From: a virus
Virus record (IMG/VR): IMGVR_UViG_3300010033_000002
Coordinates: 1 to 48,385 of that record
DNA length: 48,385 nucleotides
Strand: one strand, 5' to 3'
Of this stretch, positions 8,134 through 16,969 are shown piece by piece. Both the position numbers and the translations under genes were made by a program. A model generated the notes under the pieces. It saw nothing but the letters and a program-made list of their open reading frames with translations, was not told the DNA's origin and searched no databases. Every line of letters starts with the position of its first letter. The first letter of the stretch is position 1.

Positions 8134-8918
8134 AAGTTAGCTTTACCGGGATCTGTGCCGCCGGACGTGTTGGCACTTTCAGGAGCTTCAAGTAATGCAA
8201 GGTCAAGTGATTTATTGGGCAGTTCTTTGCGCTCTTCCACAACGTGGGTTAGGAGGTCAGGTGTAACAAACTGGTTAAATGTTATGTTGATACCCTCCCA
8301 TGAACCTTTATCGTTTGATTCTTCTGTGGTTTCAAGGTTCCAGACCATGAAATATGGCAAAGCCTTTGTGGTCTTTCCGGGTATAACGGTCCTGGTAAGA
8401 TTCATATTCAGTTTTTTGGCCTGTTTAAGTTGTGTTGATGTGAAACTGAACACGCACACACCGTCCTCAAGGTAGTCAGGAAACAGGACATAATAGACGT
8501 ATGTGTCCTGATATTCATTTCCTGTTGCCCTTGATACAAGCTTGCCCAGGTCATTACGGAACAGTTCACCACTGAACTGCATTTTTTCAATGAGTTCGGC
8601 GGCATGGGCATCGACGTACCCGCCCCTGTTTGGTTTCCATTCGATGTAATACCGCTCGAATTTGCCTACAACGAATCGCAAGGGTTTTTCGTAAACCCGT
8701 CCTGTTATCGTGTTTACGATATCGCCTTCGTCAAGTTCAGGGTCAAAATCCGCTGACCGCTTGTCAAGCTGAGGGCTGAGTTTCTGCATGATCCTCACAA
8801 ATGGGATTGCCATTGTGTCCATGTTCAGGTCCTCAAAGCCTGAATCTTCTCCCATAAGTTCGTTGAAGTGGTCAAAGTTGACTTGGGTTTCTTTCTTGTC
8901 TGCTTTTGCTTTTGCCAT
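8130..8918 (-). CDS. Conserved replication-module protein, function unknown (possible ssDNA-binding or annealing role)
   Basis: 262-aa ORF in the slot held by SSB-like proteins in PolA/SNF2/VRR-NUC phage modules. I could not recognise an OB-fold signature. It ends in ...GKANF. Confidence 0.75.
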   Translation of the reverse strand: MAKAKADKKETQVNFDHFNELMGEDSGFEDLNMDTMAIPFVRIMQKLSPQLDKRSADFDPELDEGDIVNTITGRVYEKPLRFVVGKFERYYIEWKPNRGGYVDAHAAELIEKMQFSGELFRNDLGKLVSRATGNEYQDTYVYYVLFPDYLEDGVCVFSFTSTQLKQAKKLNMNLTRTVIPGKTTKALPYFMVWNLETTEESNDKGSWEGINITFNQFVTPDLLTHVVEERKELPNKSLDLALLEAPESANTSGGTDPGKANF

Positions 8919-8919
8919 G

Positions 8920-9237
8920 TTATTCTCCTTTAGTTGGTATAGTCAGGCCAAGCTGCTTTTCACGCATGGCCTGTATAGCGATTTGGTTTGTTATAAACAC
9001 CACTTTGTCAAGGTTTATTTGTAGGCTATTGACTTTTGGTTGAGCCATGAGATCATCGTAGAGAGCGTAGAGATTTTCAAGACGGTCTCCAAGTCTTACG
9101 CCATAAGAATTTTCCGCAATAGAGGCATGAGTAATAGTTATGAGTCTGTCCTTCCGATTAGCACTTTCGTGCACTTTACCACTGATTGCAGTGCCATTAT
9201 CCATGACAAACATAGTGAATATCTCATGTAAAAACAT
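8920..9237 (-). CDS. Hypothetical protein (105 aa; start moved to the internal ATG)
   Basis: TAAGGAGGGCTCAATG gives a strong SD for the ATG at 9237 (MFLHEIF...). The longer listed ORF (to 9396) would overlap a better small gene in another frame. Confidence 0.6.
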   Translation of the reverse strand: MFLHEIFTMFVMDNGTAISGKVHESANRKDRLITITHASIAENSYGVRLGDRLENLYALYDDLMAQPKVNSLQINLDKVVFITNQIAIQAMREKQLGLTIPTKGE

Positions 9238-9247
9238 TGAGCCCTCC

Positions 9248-9412
9248 TTACCTCTTGCACACATGGTAGTGTTTTTCTCTATAATCCATATCTTTCTTGC
9301 ATTTGGGGCAAGTCCAAATAAAATAGTCAGCATCTGAATCTCGTATTTCTTCAGATGATATGCCCCAATTTTCATTCTCCAGCAAGTCCCAGTCACTTTC
9401 TGTATAGGGCAT
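9248..9412 (-). CDS. 54-aa zinc-ribbon-like protein (not in ORF track)
   Basis: TAGGAGGTCCCATG start. Product: MPYTESDWDLLENENWGISSEEIRDSDADYFIWTCPKCKKDMDYREKHYHVCKR, containing CPKC...HxxC. Its stop overlaps the SD of the next gene. Confidence 0.55.
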   Translation of the reverse strand: MPYTESDWDLLENENWGISSEEIRDSDADYFIWTCPKCKKDMDYREKHYHVCKR

Positions 9413-9420
9413 GGGACCTC

Positions 9421-9996
9421 CTACTTGACCGTGGTTTTGTTAAGCTGGAATACTGTAATCATATCCTCATCCAGTTCAGCTAAGGACATTTCAGCCTCTG
9501 TTTTGCCGTTAATGCCACATAGTTCTCTGATATATTTCGCCAATGTGGCAGGATGTACTTTCATGTCAACCCTTGTTTCAATGCCAAAGTTTTCAGCCAT
9601 GTGCACAATGATCTTAGACAAGATCTCTTTGGGAAGCTTGCCCATAACCATAGTGCTGTTGATGATTGATGAATCACCCCTGTCATTTACGAAGTCCTGA
9701 AACTTTGCCATGTCTTTAATAGAGCAGGACACATCCTCTTTGTATTCCACTGTCTTGCCGTTTGTGAGCTTCACAGACTTCAAACCGACACCCATTAGGG
9801 CCTCCGGTATCATGGTTTGGGAAATGGTGTTGAGTTCCTTTTTTATTTCCTTTGCATGAGCCTCCGCCGCTTTATGCTGCTCTTTAAGTTCCAAGAACTT
9901 TTCTGCAAGGGTTGCAATACGCGCTAAGGCATCGCTTTTGTCCTGGGATTCAAGTTCGGTGTTTAAATGCTCTTCAAGATAATTGAAATCGTTCAT
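9421..9996 (-). CDS. Coiled-coil protein, Gp157/Gam-like architecture (function uncertain)
   Basis: N-terminal coiled coil (LAEKFLELKEQHKAAEAHAKEIKKEL) followed by GLKSVKLTNGKTVEYKEDV. This layout resembles siphovirus Gp157 / Mu Gam-type proteins. Confidence 0.7.
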   Translation of the reverse strand: MNDFNYLEEHLNTELESQDKSDALARIATLAEKFLELKEQHKAAEAHAKEIKKELNTISQTMIPEALMGVGLKSVKLTNGKTVEYKEDVSCSIKDMAKFQDFVNDRGDSSIINSTMVMGKLPKEILSKIIVHMAENFGIETRVDMKVHPATLAKYIRELCGINGKTEAEMSLAELDEDMITVFQLNKTTVK

Positions 9997-10005
9997 ATTA
10001 CCCCT

Positions 10006-11646
10006 TTACACTTTAAAAATGTCATTAATACTTACGTCCACGAAACAACTGTTTAAGTCTTTCCCTTGTCTGAGTACGTCTAAAACCCTCCTTTCAGTTG
10101 GTATATCACATAATAAGTCCTTATATACTGGGTTACTGGCTGTACCTATCCTGTGGGAACGGTCTTCAGCCTGTAATCTTGCCTCTGTTCTGTAGTTTCT
10201 TGAATACCAGTATTGCAGCAAAGCACCCTGTAAATTAAGCCCGTAACCGCCTACAGTGGGGTTACTTACAAGGCATTGAAATTCACCGGCCTTGAACTGT
10301 TTAACCTTGTCATTGTCAGATTCAGGGTCTGTAGAGTTGACACCATAAAGAGCCTTACAAGTTGTGACCTTTGACAGTTCCTCATAAAGCAACTCTATTT
10401 CTGGCCTAAACACAGCCCAAACGATAAATTGTTGGTTACCGACTTCTGGCACACTTTCTACAAGGTGTTGTAACTTGTAGTTTGTACCCTTGATTTTTGT
10501 TGGTTCGAACTTGCCTTCTATGTCAGTGTGATGTGCAACAAATCCGCCGCAGATCTGCAAGACTCTCATACTTAACAAGGCCCTAACCTCTATAGTCAGT
10601 TCGTGCTCGTCAAAGGTTGTCATAGAGTATTTTTTAAGGTCCTTTATAAGGCGTTTTTGCTCAGGATTAAGGGGCAATGTGATTGTTTCATAGATTTTTT
10701 CAGGAAGGTCTAAGCAGTCTTCTTTGCTTGCAGAAAAGGTCACAGGTGCTATCTTTTCCTGCAAGCGTCTAAGATTCTTGTGGGCGATAAGTTCGTCAGA
10801 GCTTGCAATCAAATGGAAATCCTCAGCGCTTAAACCGTATTGGTCACGTATGGCCGCTGCCCTGTATGTATCAATCTGCCCATTCTCACAGGCGTTTTTT
10901 ATCGCAGTCTGGACCTTTTTATGGTATACGGGGTCTATGACATCAAGTCTTGATACAAGACGCCCTTTGCGCTCAAATGTCTTCTTGACCATTACAGTGT
11001 GCTCTTTTTGAAATGCAGTATATGTACATTTCATATAACCCTTGTTAAGGAACTCATACAAAGACCACAAGTCGGCTGGCCTCTTTGCTGCCGGTGTGCC
11101 TGTGATTATACACCGACAGCAGGAGCTAAGCTGTCTTCTAAGCTTGAAAAGGTTTCTGACAGTTTTTGTTCCAGGGTTTTTGATTCGGCTGGCCTCATCG
11201 ACTATGATCATAAGTTTCTCAGGATTGCCGTTGCAAAACCTGTGCACAAGTTCGGAACCTGCGTCCCTTGCAAAGGACTCTATATTGATTGTAAAAACCA
11301 TTGTAGAGGGTTCAGTTTTAGCCCGCATCATGAATAGGTCAAGGTCCCTTATGTAGCTCTTCTTTTTATTCTTTGCAAAGTAAGAGAATCCCACCCATGG
11401 CAAAGGATAATGGGCAGGGAATTGCTCATCTACCCATTGGGGATGCACAGCGTTAAGGGTTATGACTACAACTCTATTAAGGCCAAACAACAGGTTTTTA
11501 TAGCCTATGATATCAATTGCAGTCTTAGACTTTCCTAAACCCATGTCTTCCAAAAGTGCAAAGTACTGCGCATCTTTAAGCTTGTCGTAGGCCTCTTGCT
11601 GATGCGTGTAGGGCTTTGTTTTTGGCACATAATAAGGGGCACTCAT
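10006..11646 (-). CDS. SNF2-family helicase/ATPase
   Basis: Motif I LEDMGLGKSKT; motif II IIVDEASRIKN; motif III ITGTPAAKRPADLWSLYEFL; motif V GGYGLNLQGA; motif VI QAEDRSHRIGT. Confidence 0.93.
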   Translation of the reverse strand: MSAPYYVPKTKPYTHQQEAYDKLKDAQYFALLEDMGLGKSKTAIDIIGYKNLLFGLNRVVVITLNAVHPQWVDEQFPAHYPLPWVGFSYFAKNKKKSYIRDLDLFMMRAKTEPSTMVFTINIESFARDAGSELVHRFCNGNPEKLMIIVDEASRIKNPGTKTVRNLFKLRRQLSSCCRCIITGTPAAKRPADLWSLYEFLNKGYMKCTYTAFQKEHTVMVKKTFERKGRLVSRLDVIDPVYHKKVQTAIKNACENGQIDTYRAAAIRDQYGLSAEDFHLIASSDELIAHKNLRRLQEKIAPVTFSASKEDCLDLPEKIYETITLPLNPEQKRLIKDLKKYSMTTFDEHELTIEVRALLSMRVLQICGGFVAHHTDIEGKFEPTKIKGTNYKLQHLVESVPEVGNQQFIVWAVFRPEIELLYEELSKVTTCKALYGVNSTDPESDNDKVKQFKAGEFQCLVSNPTVGGYGLNLQGALLQYWYSRNYRTEARLQAEDRSHRIGTASNPVYKDLLCDIPTERRVLDVLRQGKDLNSCFVDVSINDIFKV

Positions 11647-11939
11647 CTGTTCACCTCATGGGGGTTTATTAAGTCCAATATGTCCTCTAACTTGCCACAT
11701 ATTTTATCCATACCCTTTTCAATGTCCTGCAACCTGGCATACATTGTATCATGACGCTTAAGGACATCAGGATCAGGATATAACAGCTTTGCTGATTCCG
11801 GCACTTTCCATTTACCATTCACCTTTTCAGCACCTGTTATTTTCCCGTTGTGAATTTGGGCATAAATGTGGTTAGGTGCTTTGCCTGTCATACGTGCAAA
11901 GTCATACACTGACATAAGGTTGTCTTGTTTGTTGCTCAT
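11643..11939 (-). CDS. Small putative helix-turn-helix DNA-binding protein
   Basis: MSVYDFARMTGKAPNHIYAQIHNGKI resembles excisionase/MerR-type HTH proteins. Confidence 0.5.
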   Translation of the reverse strand: MSNKQDNLMSVYDFARMTGKAPNHIYAQIHNGKITGAEKVNGKWKVPESAKLLYPDPDVLKRHDTMYARLQDIEKGMDKICGKLEDILDLINPHEVNR

Positions 11940-11942
11940 ACA

Positions 11943-12836
11943 TTAATCCTTTTCAATTGTGTGCCAGTTTTTATGCACATGTCTTAGTATGCCCCTGTAT
12001 TCAGTTTCAAGGGCTTCTCTTTCATGCCATTTGTCCCAATCAATGTACTTTTCTATATGGTGTTCAACGATATTTCTCATTTTCATTGGGTCAAGGGCAT
12101 CGAGTTCCCAAGAGTCATTTCCGAATTTTTTGATATACATCCATGACCGCGTGTCGGTAATCTTGGCAGGGGCAGGGGGAGGGTTAAAAGCCTGTACTTG
12201 ATCCATGTTTAATGCTATACGCTCCACCTTGCAATAGTTGCCGAACAGGTGTTGCCGGTCCTCAATGTCCCTGGTCATGTCAACGCCTGATGGGTCATGG
12301 TCTCCAAGGTAGATCAAAATTGTGTCTTGACCACGTGTCTTTTTATAGTGTTTAAAACGCTCTTTTGCCTTCCACATGGCGGACTGACTGTTGTAACCCT
12401 TGCAAGCCAAGTAGGGTACATCAAGCTTTAAGCAAGGGCTACTAATAACGCTCATTAAGGCATCTTTTTCTATCCACACTTCAACACGTTGCTCCTGGGT
12501 TTGCCACATGGACATGTAAAACCCTTGCATGGCATCAAAAATAGCCTCACCTGGATTATCATAGTGCCTCACAGCATGTACCTGTCTTACGGTGTCCTCT
12601 ATGGCTGTCCAATCTACCATACCGGCCAAACGTGCTTTTGATAAAATGCTGCCCAAACGTTTGTAACTGCGCATATTGTTTTCGATCAAATCACGGGCAA
12701 CGAACTGATAATATAACTGCCGTAAAGTCAGTGTTATATTGTAGCCTTGATATTCGTTTATGATGCTGTTTGCCTGGGCTATGACGCCTATTGATGAGCG
12801 GTTGAACCTGTGGCCTATGAATGCTTCACGTGTCAT
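11943..12836 (-). CDS. Topoisomerase VI subunit A / Spo11-like 'mini-A' protein (winged helix + Toprim)
   Basis: TLRQLYYQFV matches the catalytic-Tyr motif context. VEVWIEKDAL matches the Toprim Glu motif (VEKdav). ACKGY and YLGDHDPSGVDM match the D.DP.G Toprim acidic cluster. Confidence 0.6.
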   Translation of the reverse strand: MTREAFIGHRFNRSSIGVIAQANSIINEYQGYNITLTLRQLYYQFVARDLIENNMRSYKRLGSILSKARLAGMVDWTAIEDTVRQVHAVRHYDNPGEAIFDAMQGFYMSMWQTQEQRVEVWIEKDALMSVISSPCLKLDVPYLACKGYNSQSAMWKAKERFKHYKKTRGQDTILIYLGDHDPSGVDMTRDIEDRQHLFGNYCKVERIALNMDQVQAFNPPPAPAKITDTRSWMYIKKFGNDSWELDALDPMKMRNIVEHHIEKYIDWDKWHEREALETEYRGILRHVHKNWHTIEKD

Positions 12837-12845
12837 TGTTGCCTC

Positions 12846-13307
12846 CTAATCGTTCATTAACTTTTTAATGTACACAGGCGAGTGTGGAGAGCATTGGTTT
12901 TTCCACTCACCGTCAATAAAATCAATTTCACCAGCGTATACCCTTTTTCCATGGGTTGTGTAACCCTGTTCACCTGGGCAATGGGTTGTCAAAGAACCTT
13001 CTATAAGTCCACAGTCTTTACATACAAACAACCCGCTGTCGCATATTGGGCAGTAGAATTCAGCGCAATTTTCATGTTTAATTGGCGTATGTTCTTTTGG
13101 TAAAACCCCACCTTCAACAGAGGTTTTGAAATCTTTGTAAATTTCAGGGTAGCGCGCCTTAAACTCTGCCTCTGCAATAAACCTATGCTTAAAGTAACCA
13201 TCGCCCATTCCTGTATCTTCCTCTATGATATGATAATGCCCTCCCCAACCGGATTTTATAACACTTATTGCGAATGAATTAAATGTGTAATACTTATGAA
13301 GTTTCAT
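12846..13307 (-). CDS. Cys-rich hypothetical protein
   Basis: CAEFYCPICDSGLFVCKDCG...HCPGE. Clean ORF. Confidence 0.7.
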   Translation of the reverse strand: MKLHKYYTFNSFAISVIKSGWGGHYHIIEEDTGMGDGYFKHRFIAEAEFKARYPEIYKDFKTSVEGGVLPKEHTPIKHENCAEFYCPICDSGLFVCKDCGLIEGSLTTHCPGEQGYTTHGKRVYAGEIDFIDGEWKNQCSPHSPVYIKKLMND

Positions 13308-13319
13308 AGTCTTATCCCC

Positions 13320-14564
13320 TTAAAACTTGACGTTTGTAATGTCTTCAAACTCCATGTAGCAGTCTGACTCGTTCTTATCAGACCTGAAACCGAGGTCCCA
13401 GTTGACCCTTGCATGCATCAGGCGTCTGTTTTTGCCGGACAACTCCTGCCCATCAACAATGAGCACCTTTCCAAGGTAAGCTTCTTTGTCATATGTTAAA
13501 CGGTTGCGCATGTCAAGAGGCATACTTGTAACTGTTGCAATGTGGTGAGGTTTTTCTGATATGTTGGTGTTTACTGCAAGTTCTATGCCGCCTATAAGGC
13601 CCTCTTTGCTCCACTCAGGTGTGTCAATGTAGCCTGTGATAAAAGCGTCGATATCGTCGCCTACGTCGCCAGACATACGCCGTTTGACCTTAACCTGATT
13701 ATCACGATGCCTGGCACCAGGTACGTACAACCCTTCAGAGTTCTTGAGTATGATACCTTCACAACCTGCTTTCCACAACTGGTTACAAAATCGTTTCTTT
13801 CCTGATGTAACCATATGTGAGGTGTTAAATTGGTTATGCACAAGGATGTTTTCAACGGCATAGGCAGTATCAGATTTTCTCGTTCTGTGGTAAAGCTTTG
13901 AGTTTTCTACAATAGTATCAAAGCAGTAAAACTCAATCCTGACATTCCCTGGTATCTGCAATTCCCGTGCCCTGTTAACGCTTGAACCAATAATGTTTTG
14001 GACGGCTTCAAGTGTATTGGATGACATACGGCCATCAAGGCCCTCAACGCTGGCCTTGCAAATGACCTCACAGTCCACGATAAAGTTGACACTGCTTTGT
14101 GACCTTGGTTCAAATTCAGACAGGGGTATGTCAATAGGCAAAATAGATCCTGCTTTGAGCATGATATGCTCTGTATAATCTTTGGGCAAAAAGTCAGTTG
14201 TGGACAGGTTTCCGCCCCAGGCCATGAAGCTGTGCTTTTTTCCGTCATTGATGTAGGTCAAACGCATGCGCCAACCGTTGTATTTCTCTTCTGCAATCCA
14301 TCCGTTGTTATCTTCCCACATTTCCTGTTGCTGTTCGGGCCGTAATTTGTCGTACTGAAAGGCCTTCATTGGGGGATATTTACGTATCAGTTCAAGGTGT
14401 TTGAGCTGGTGTTCGTTATACTCCCTTGTGGGAGTATAATGCGTACCAAGGGCATATTCAAGGTCCCTTGCTACTATCCTGCGGTTCCTTCCGGTCCCAT
14501 ACTCAGGAAGTTTTACGCCTTCTTTTTCCATAAGGGCTATCAGTTTAGTCGTTGTAAGTCTCAT
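13320..14564 (-). CDS. lig: ATP-dependent DNA ligase
   Basis: Motif I AEEKYNGWR (KxxG adenylation Lys); motif III FIVDCEVI; motif IIIa EFYCFD; motif IV CEGIILKN; motif V NQVKVKRR. Confidence 0.85.
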   Translation of the reverse strand: MRLTTTKLIALMEKEGVKLPEYGTGRNRRIVARDLEYALGTHYTPTREYNEHQLKHLELIRKYPPMKAFQYDKLRPEQQQEMWEDNNGWIAEEKYNGWRMRLTYINDGKKHSFMAWGGNLSTTDFLPKDYTEHIMLKAGSILPIDIPLSEFEPRSQSSVNFIVDCEVICKASVEGLDGRMSSNTLEAVQNIIGSSVNRARELQIPGNVRIEFYCFDTIVENSKLYHRTRKSDTAYAVENILVHNQFNTSHMVTSGKKRFCNQLWKAGCEGIILKNSEGLYVPGARHRDNQVKVKRRMSGDVGDDIDAFITGYIDTPEWSKEGLIGGIELAVNTNISEKPHHIATVTSMPLDMRNRLTYDKEAYLGKVLIVDGQELSGKNRRLMHARVNWDLGFRSDKNESDCYMEFEDITNVKF

Positions 14565-14827
14565 TTTGCGCTCCTTCTCTTAGATTTTGATGGTAGTTTA
14601 TTGCCCTGATCGTCTCTGTATTCAACATTATACAACCAAAGGGGCGTTTGACACTTTATACAGTGGGTCTGATGACCTAATTGGTAGTCCCTATCATCAA
14701 GGGTTGTATCACAATCGGGGCATACCCAAAACCTTTGTTTGTCAATCACTGCCGGTAAGGGCTTACGTTCAACAAGGTTATTTAATGGCTCCATAGGCTC
14801 AAACATTGTTTTAATAAAGTCAAACAT
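14561..14827 (-). CDS. Small zinc-ribbon protein (start moved to the internal ATG)
   Basis: TAAGGAGTGGCCTATG places an SD before MFDFIKT.... Contains CPDC...CIKC. Confidence 0.6.
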   Translation of the reverse strand: MFDFIKTMFEPMEPLNNLVERKPLPAVIDKQRFWVCPDCDTTLDDRDYQLGHQTHCIKCQTPLWLYNVEYRDDQGNKLPSKSKRRSAK

Positions 14828-14837
14828 AGGCCACTCC

Positions 14838-15443
14838 TTAAAAAGGTATCTCATCATCAAATTCAAAGGGGTCTGTTGCAAACATCCGGGCATAGTACTG
14901 TATCAAGTCCTGTCGTTGATCATGCTGGTTAAACAAGTAACCCGCTCTTGACGAGTCCTTGAGTTGTTGCGAACTGTCAATCAGGCCTTCATCTATATCA
15001 AGACCAACCAACATAGAAACAGCGCTTTCAAAATGGCCTATTTCAAAGGCCAAATCAGTGCGGTTGGTGATAGGTGTTTCGTCATTTGGATTGTGATTTT
15101 CATAGCCGAACCTTAGTACCTTGCATATGGTTTTTATGACCTCAGAACTTTCTTCCGCAAGTATTGCAAGCCTTTCAATTTCACCCGGTGTAAGAGCTGG
15201 TAAAGAGTTCTTATGCCAGTTTTGTATTGTTCTAAACCATTCCATGCGCTTTAACGCATGGTTTACAATTGGTTTAGGCGCAACATGCCACTCCCCGCAG
15301 GTGAATTCCAGGCCACCATTAGAAATGGCGTAAAGAGTTGCGTCGTCAAGTTCATATCCGCAACATTGATCTGTTAACTGATCTCCACTGCCGCCACAAA
15401 CTTTACAAACCCTTGTGCCAGCTAAAAATATATGCTCAGTCAT
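14838..15443 (-). CDS. MazG-like (all-alpha NTP pyrophosphohydrolase-like) protein with N-terminal Cys cluster and SSB-type acidic C-terminal tip
   Basis: Start at the ATG of ATGACTGA, which overlaps the upstream stop, with GAAGGAGA upstream. LAILAEESSEVIKTICKVL and DLAFEIGHFESAVSMLVGLDID resemble the MazG EExxE/ExxD helices. The protein ends ...DPFEFDDEIPF*. Confidence 0.55.
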   Translation of the reverse strand: MTEHIFLAGTRVCKVCGGSGDQLTDQCCGYELDDATLYAISNGGLEFTCGEWHVAPKPIVNHALKRMEWFRTIQNWHKNSLPALTPGEIERLAILAEESSEVIKTICKVLRFGYENHNPNDETPITNRTDLAFEIGHFESAVSMLVGLDIDEGLIDSSQQLKDSSRAGYLFNQHDQRQDLIQYYARMFATDPFEFDDEIPF

Positions 15444-15627
15444 TTTGTTTAATCTCCTTCTTTTTGAATATTGTACCGATAGTCTCGCCATCTGCCCATT
15501 CTTTACCCTGCAACATTGCAGACAGTTTAACACGCATTTTGGCTTTTGATAACTCCCTGTTGGCCTTGTAACATGACTCTGCAAGAGATTTCATGGCGTC
15601 AGGATTGTAACGTCTATTCAGGGTCAT
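15436..15627 (-). CDS. Hypothetical small basic protein
   Basis: 63-aa ORF, translationally coupled on both sides. Confidence 0.5.
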   Translation of the reverse strand: MTLNRRYNPDAMKSLAESCYKANRELSKAKMRVKLSAMLQGKEWADGETIGTIFKKKEIKQND

Positions 15628-16024
15628 TGTCTTCTCCGTCTGTTTCAGTAGGGGTGTATAAGGCTTCTACACGTTCTTCCAAGTCTCTGGCGTCGAATTC
15701 GAACATATCAAGCTGTTGAGATAAGTTCAAGTGTTCTTCAAACCGGCCATATACAGCTGTCCAAAAGGCCCATTTTCCACGAATGTTCATTTCAAATCGT
15801 GCCATTTGCAACTTGTCTTCTGTATACCAGTCTGTTGACTCAAAAGTTTCACAAGCACGGCAAGGGTACAAATGTGACGTATGCTTAGTAATATGCGCAA
15901 TGCATATAGAATCTTCCATGAGGATATCCATACAAGAATCAAATGGCAAGTAATCGGGATCATGTATCATGTTAATGGCAAGCTGATTACATATGCGGTT
16001 GTATCTGATGTTATCCATTGTCAA
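15614..16024 (-). CDS. Hypothetical protein with acidic C-terminus
   Basis: Clean ORF. No recognised motif. Confidence 0.65.
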   Translation of the reverse strand: MTMDNIRYNRICNQLAINMIHDPDYLPFDSCMDILMEDSICIAHITKHTSHLYPCRACETFESTDWYTEDKLQMARFEMNIRGKWAFWTAVYGRFEEHLNLSQQLDMFEFDARDLEERVEALYTPTETDGEDNDPE

Positions 16025-16661
16025 CCCCTTTCCTGGGTTTAGACCATGTTGAGTTGATATACTTTAGCACAAGCAAAGCCAAATCTGCGCAAGGGTAAGT
16101 CAACCACTCGCTATAAAAGCTGGAAAACAAGGTACATTGCATGGTCCTTTTGCCGAGTTTTGAGTGATCGAAATCATTGCTATTCCATCTGACTGGGCAT
16201 TTCCGGCAATCGTTATCGGCATAATGGCATGCCGGATTTTTGAAGTCAAGACCGAATAAACCCCCATATCCGTGAAGCTCACATGCCCGGCGTTGTATAT
16301 CCATTGACAACCGTATAAGCTTAGGAACAGATATATCAAGGGTGTCAAGGTTGCTGTATGTGTCAGCTATTGTACCCCAAATAGATATCATAACCTTTTT
16401 AAGTACGCCCTTTGGCGTGTCTTTCTTGACTGGTTTAATGTCCCAGTGCCTGTAGCAAACGCCACATTCGACTGTAGGACGGTTTACACAAATGAATGCA
16501 TGGCCGTTAAGGCCCTGGCAAGACAGCCCTTTAACACCTGCACATTTAGTCAATGGGCTATGATCAAACGGCGCGGCACCTTCCAAGTCGTTCTCAATGT
16601 CGTCTGCAAGGTTTTTCAACTGCTGCTGAGTAAACTTCTTAGTAGGGTAATCAATGATCAT
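16011..16661 (-). CDS. Cys-rich protein, distant fourth member of the CPLC/CxxCP paralog family
   Basis: ISIWGTIADTY ... ACHYADNDCRKCPV ... C..F..FY ... DLALLVLKYIN parallels the pattern in 17164-18885. SD is AAAGGAGCGCAAAATG. Confidence 0.7.
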   Translation of the reverse strand: MIIDYPTKKFTQQQLKNLADDIENDLEGAAPFDHSPLTKCAGVKGLSCQGLNGHAFICVNRPTVECGVCYRHWDIKPVKKDTPKGVLKKVMISIWGTIADTYSNLDTLDISVPKLIRLSMDIQRRACELHGYGGLFGLDFKNPACHYADNDCRKCPVRWNSNDFDHSKLGKRTMQCTLFSSFYSEWLTYPCADLALLVLKYINSTWSKPRKGVDNG

Positions 16662-16672
16662 TTTGCGCTCCT

Positions 16673-16969
16673 TTAATATTTAAGTTCAGCATCATATTCT
16701 GTTATCAAGCCGAATGCATCTATGTAAAATTTCTTATCCTGGACGCCGAATCTCACAACCTTGTGATCCATCGACAGCTTTTCCCAATCGTCACGTACCA
16801 TGTCTTCAACAAGGAATGTTTTTATCTCAATCTGGTCTTTCTCAGGTATGATTTTAGCGGCAACCATAATGCCAGGCATGGTGTTTGTGATTGAAATGCA
16901 AGTTCCGTTAGGTGCGTTTGTACGAGTTGTATAGGCCAGGTTACAGTTTTTGAAAGGGTCAGTAAACAT
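16673..16969 (-). CDS. Hypothetical protein (98 aa)
   Basis: Clean ORF. TAAATG junction with the upstream reading frame. Confidence 0.65.
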   Translation of the reverse strand: MFTDPFKNCNLAYTTRTNAPNGTCISITNTMPGIMVAAKIIPEKDQIEIKTFLVEDMVRDDWEKLSMDHKVVRFGVQDKKFYIDAFGLITEYDAELKY

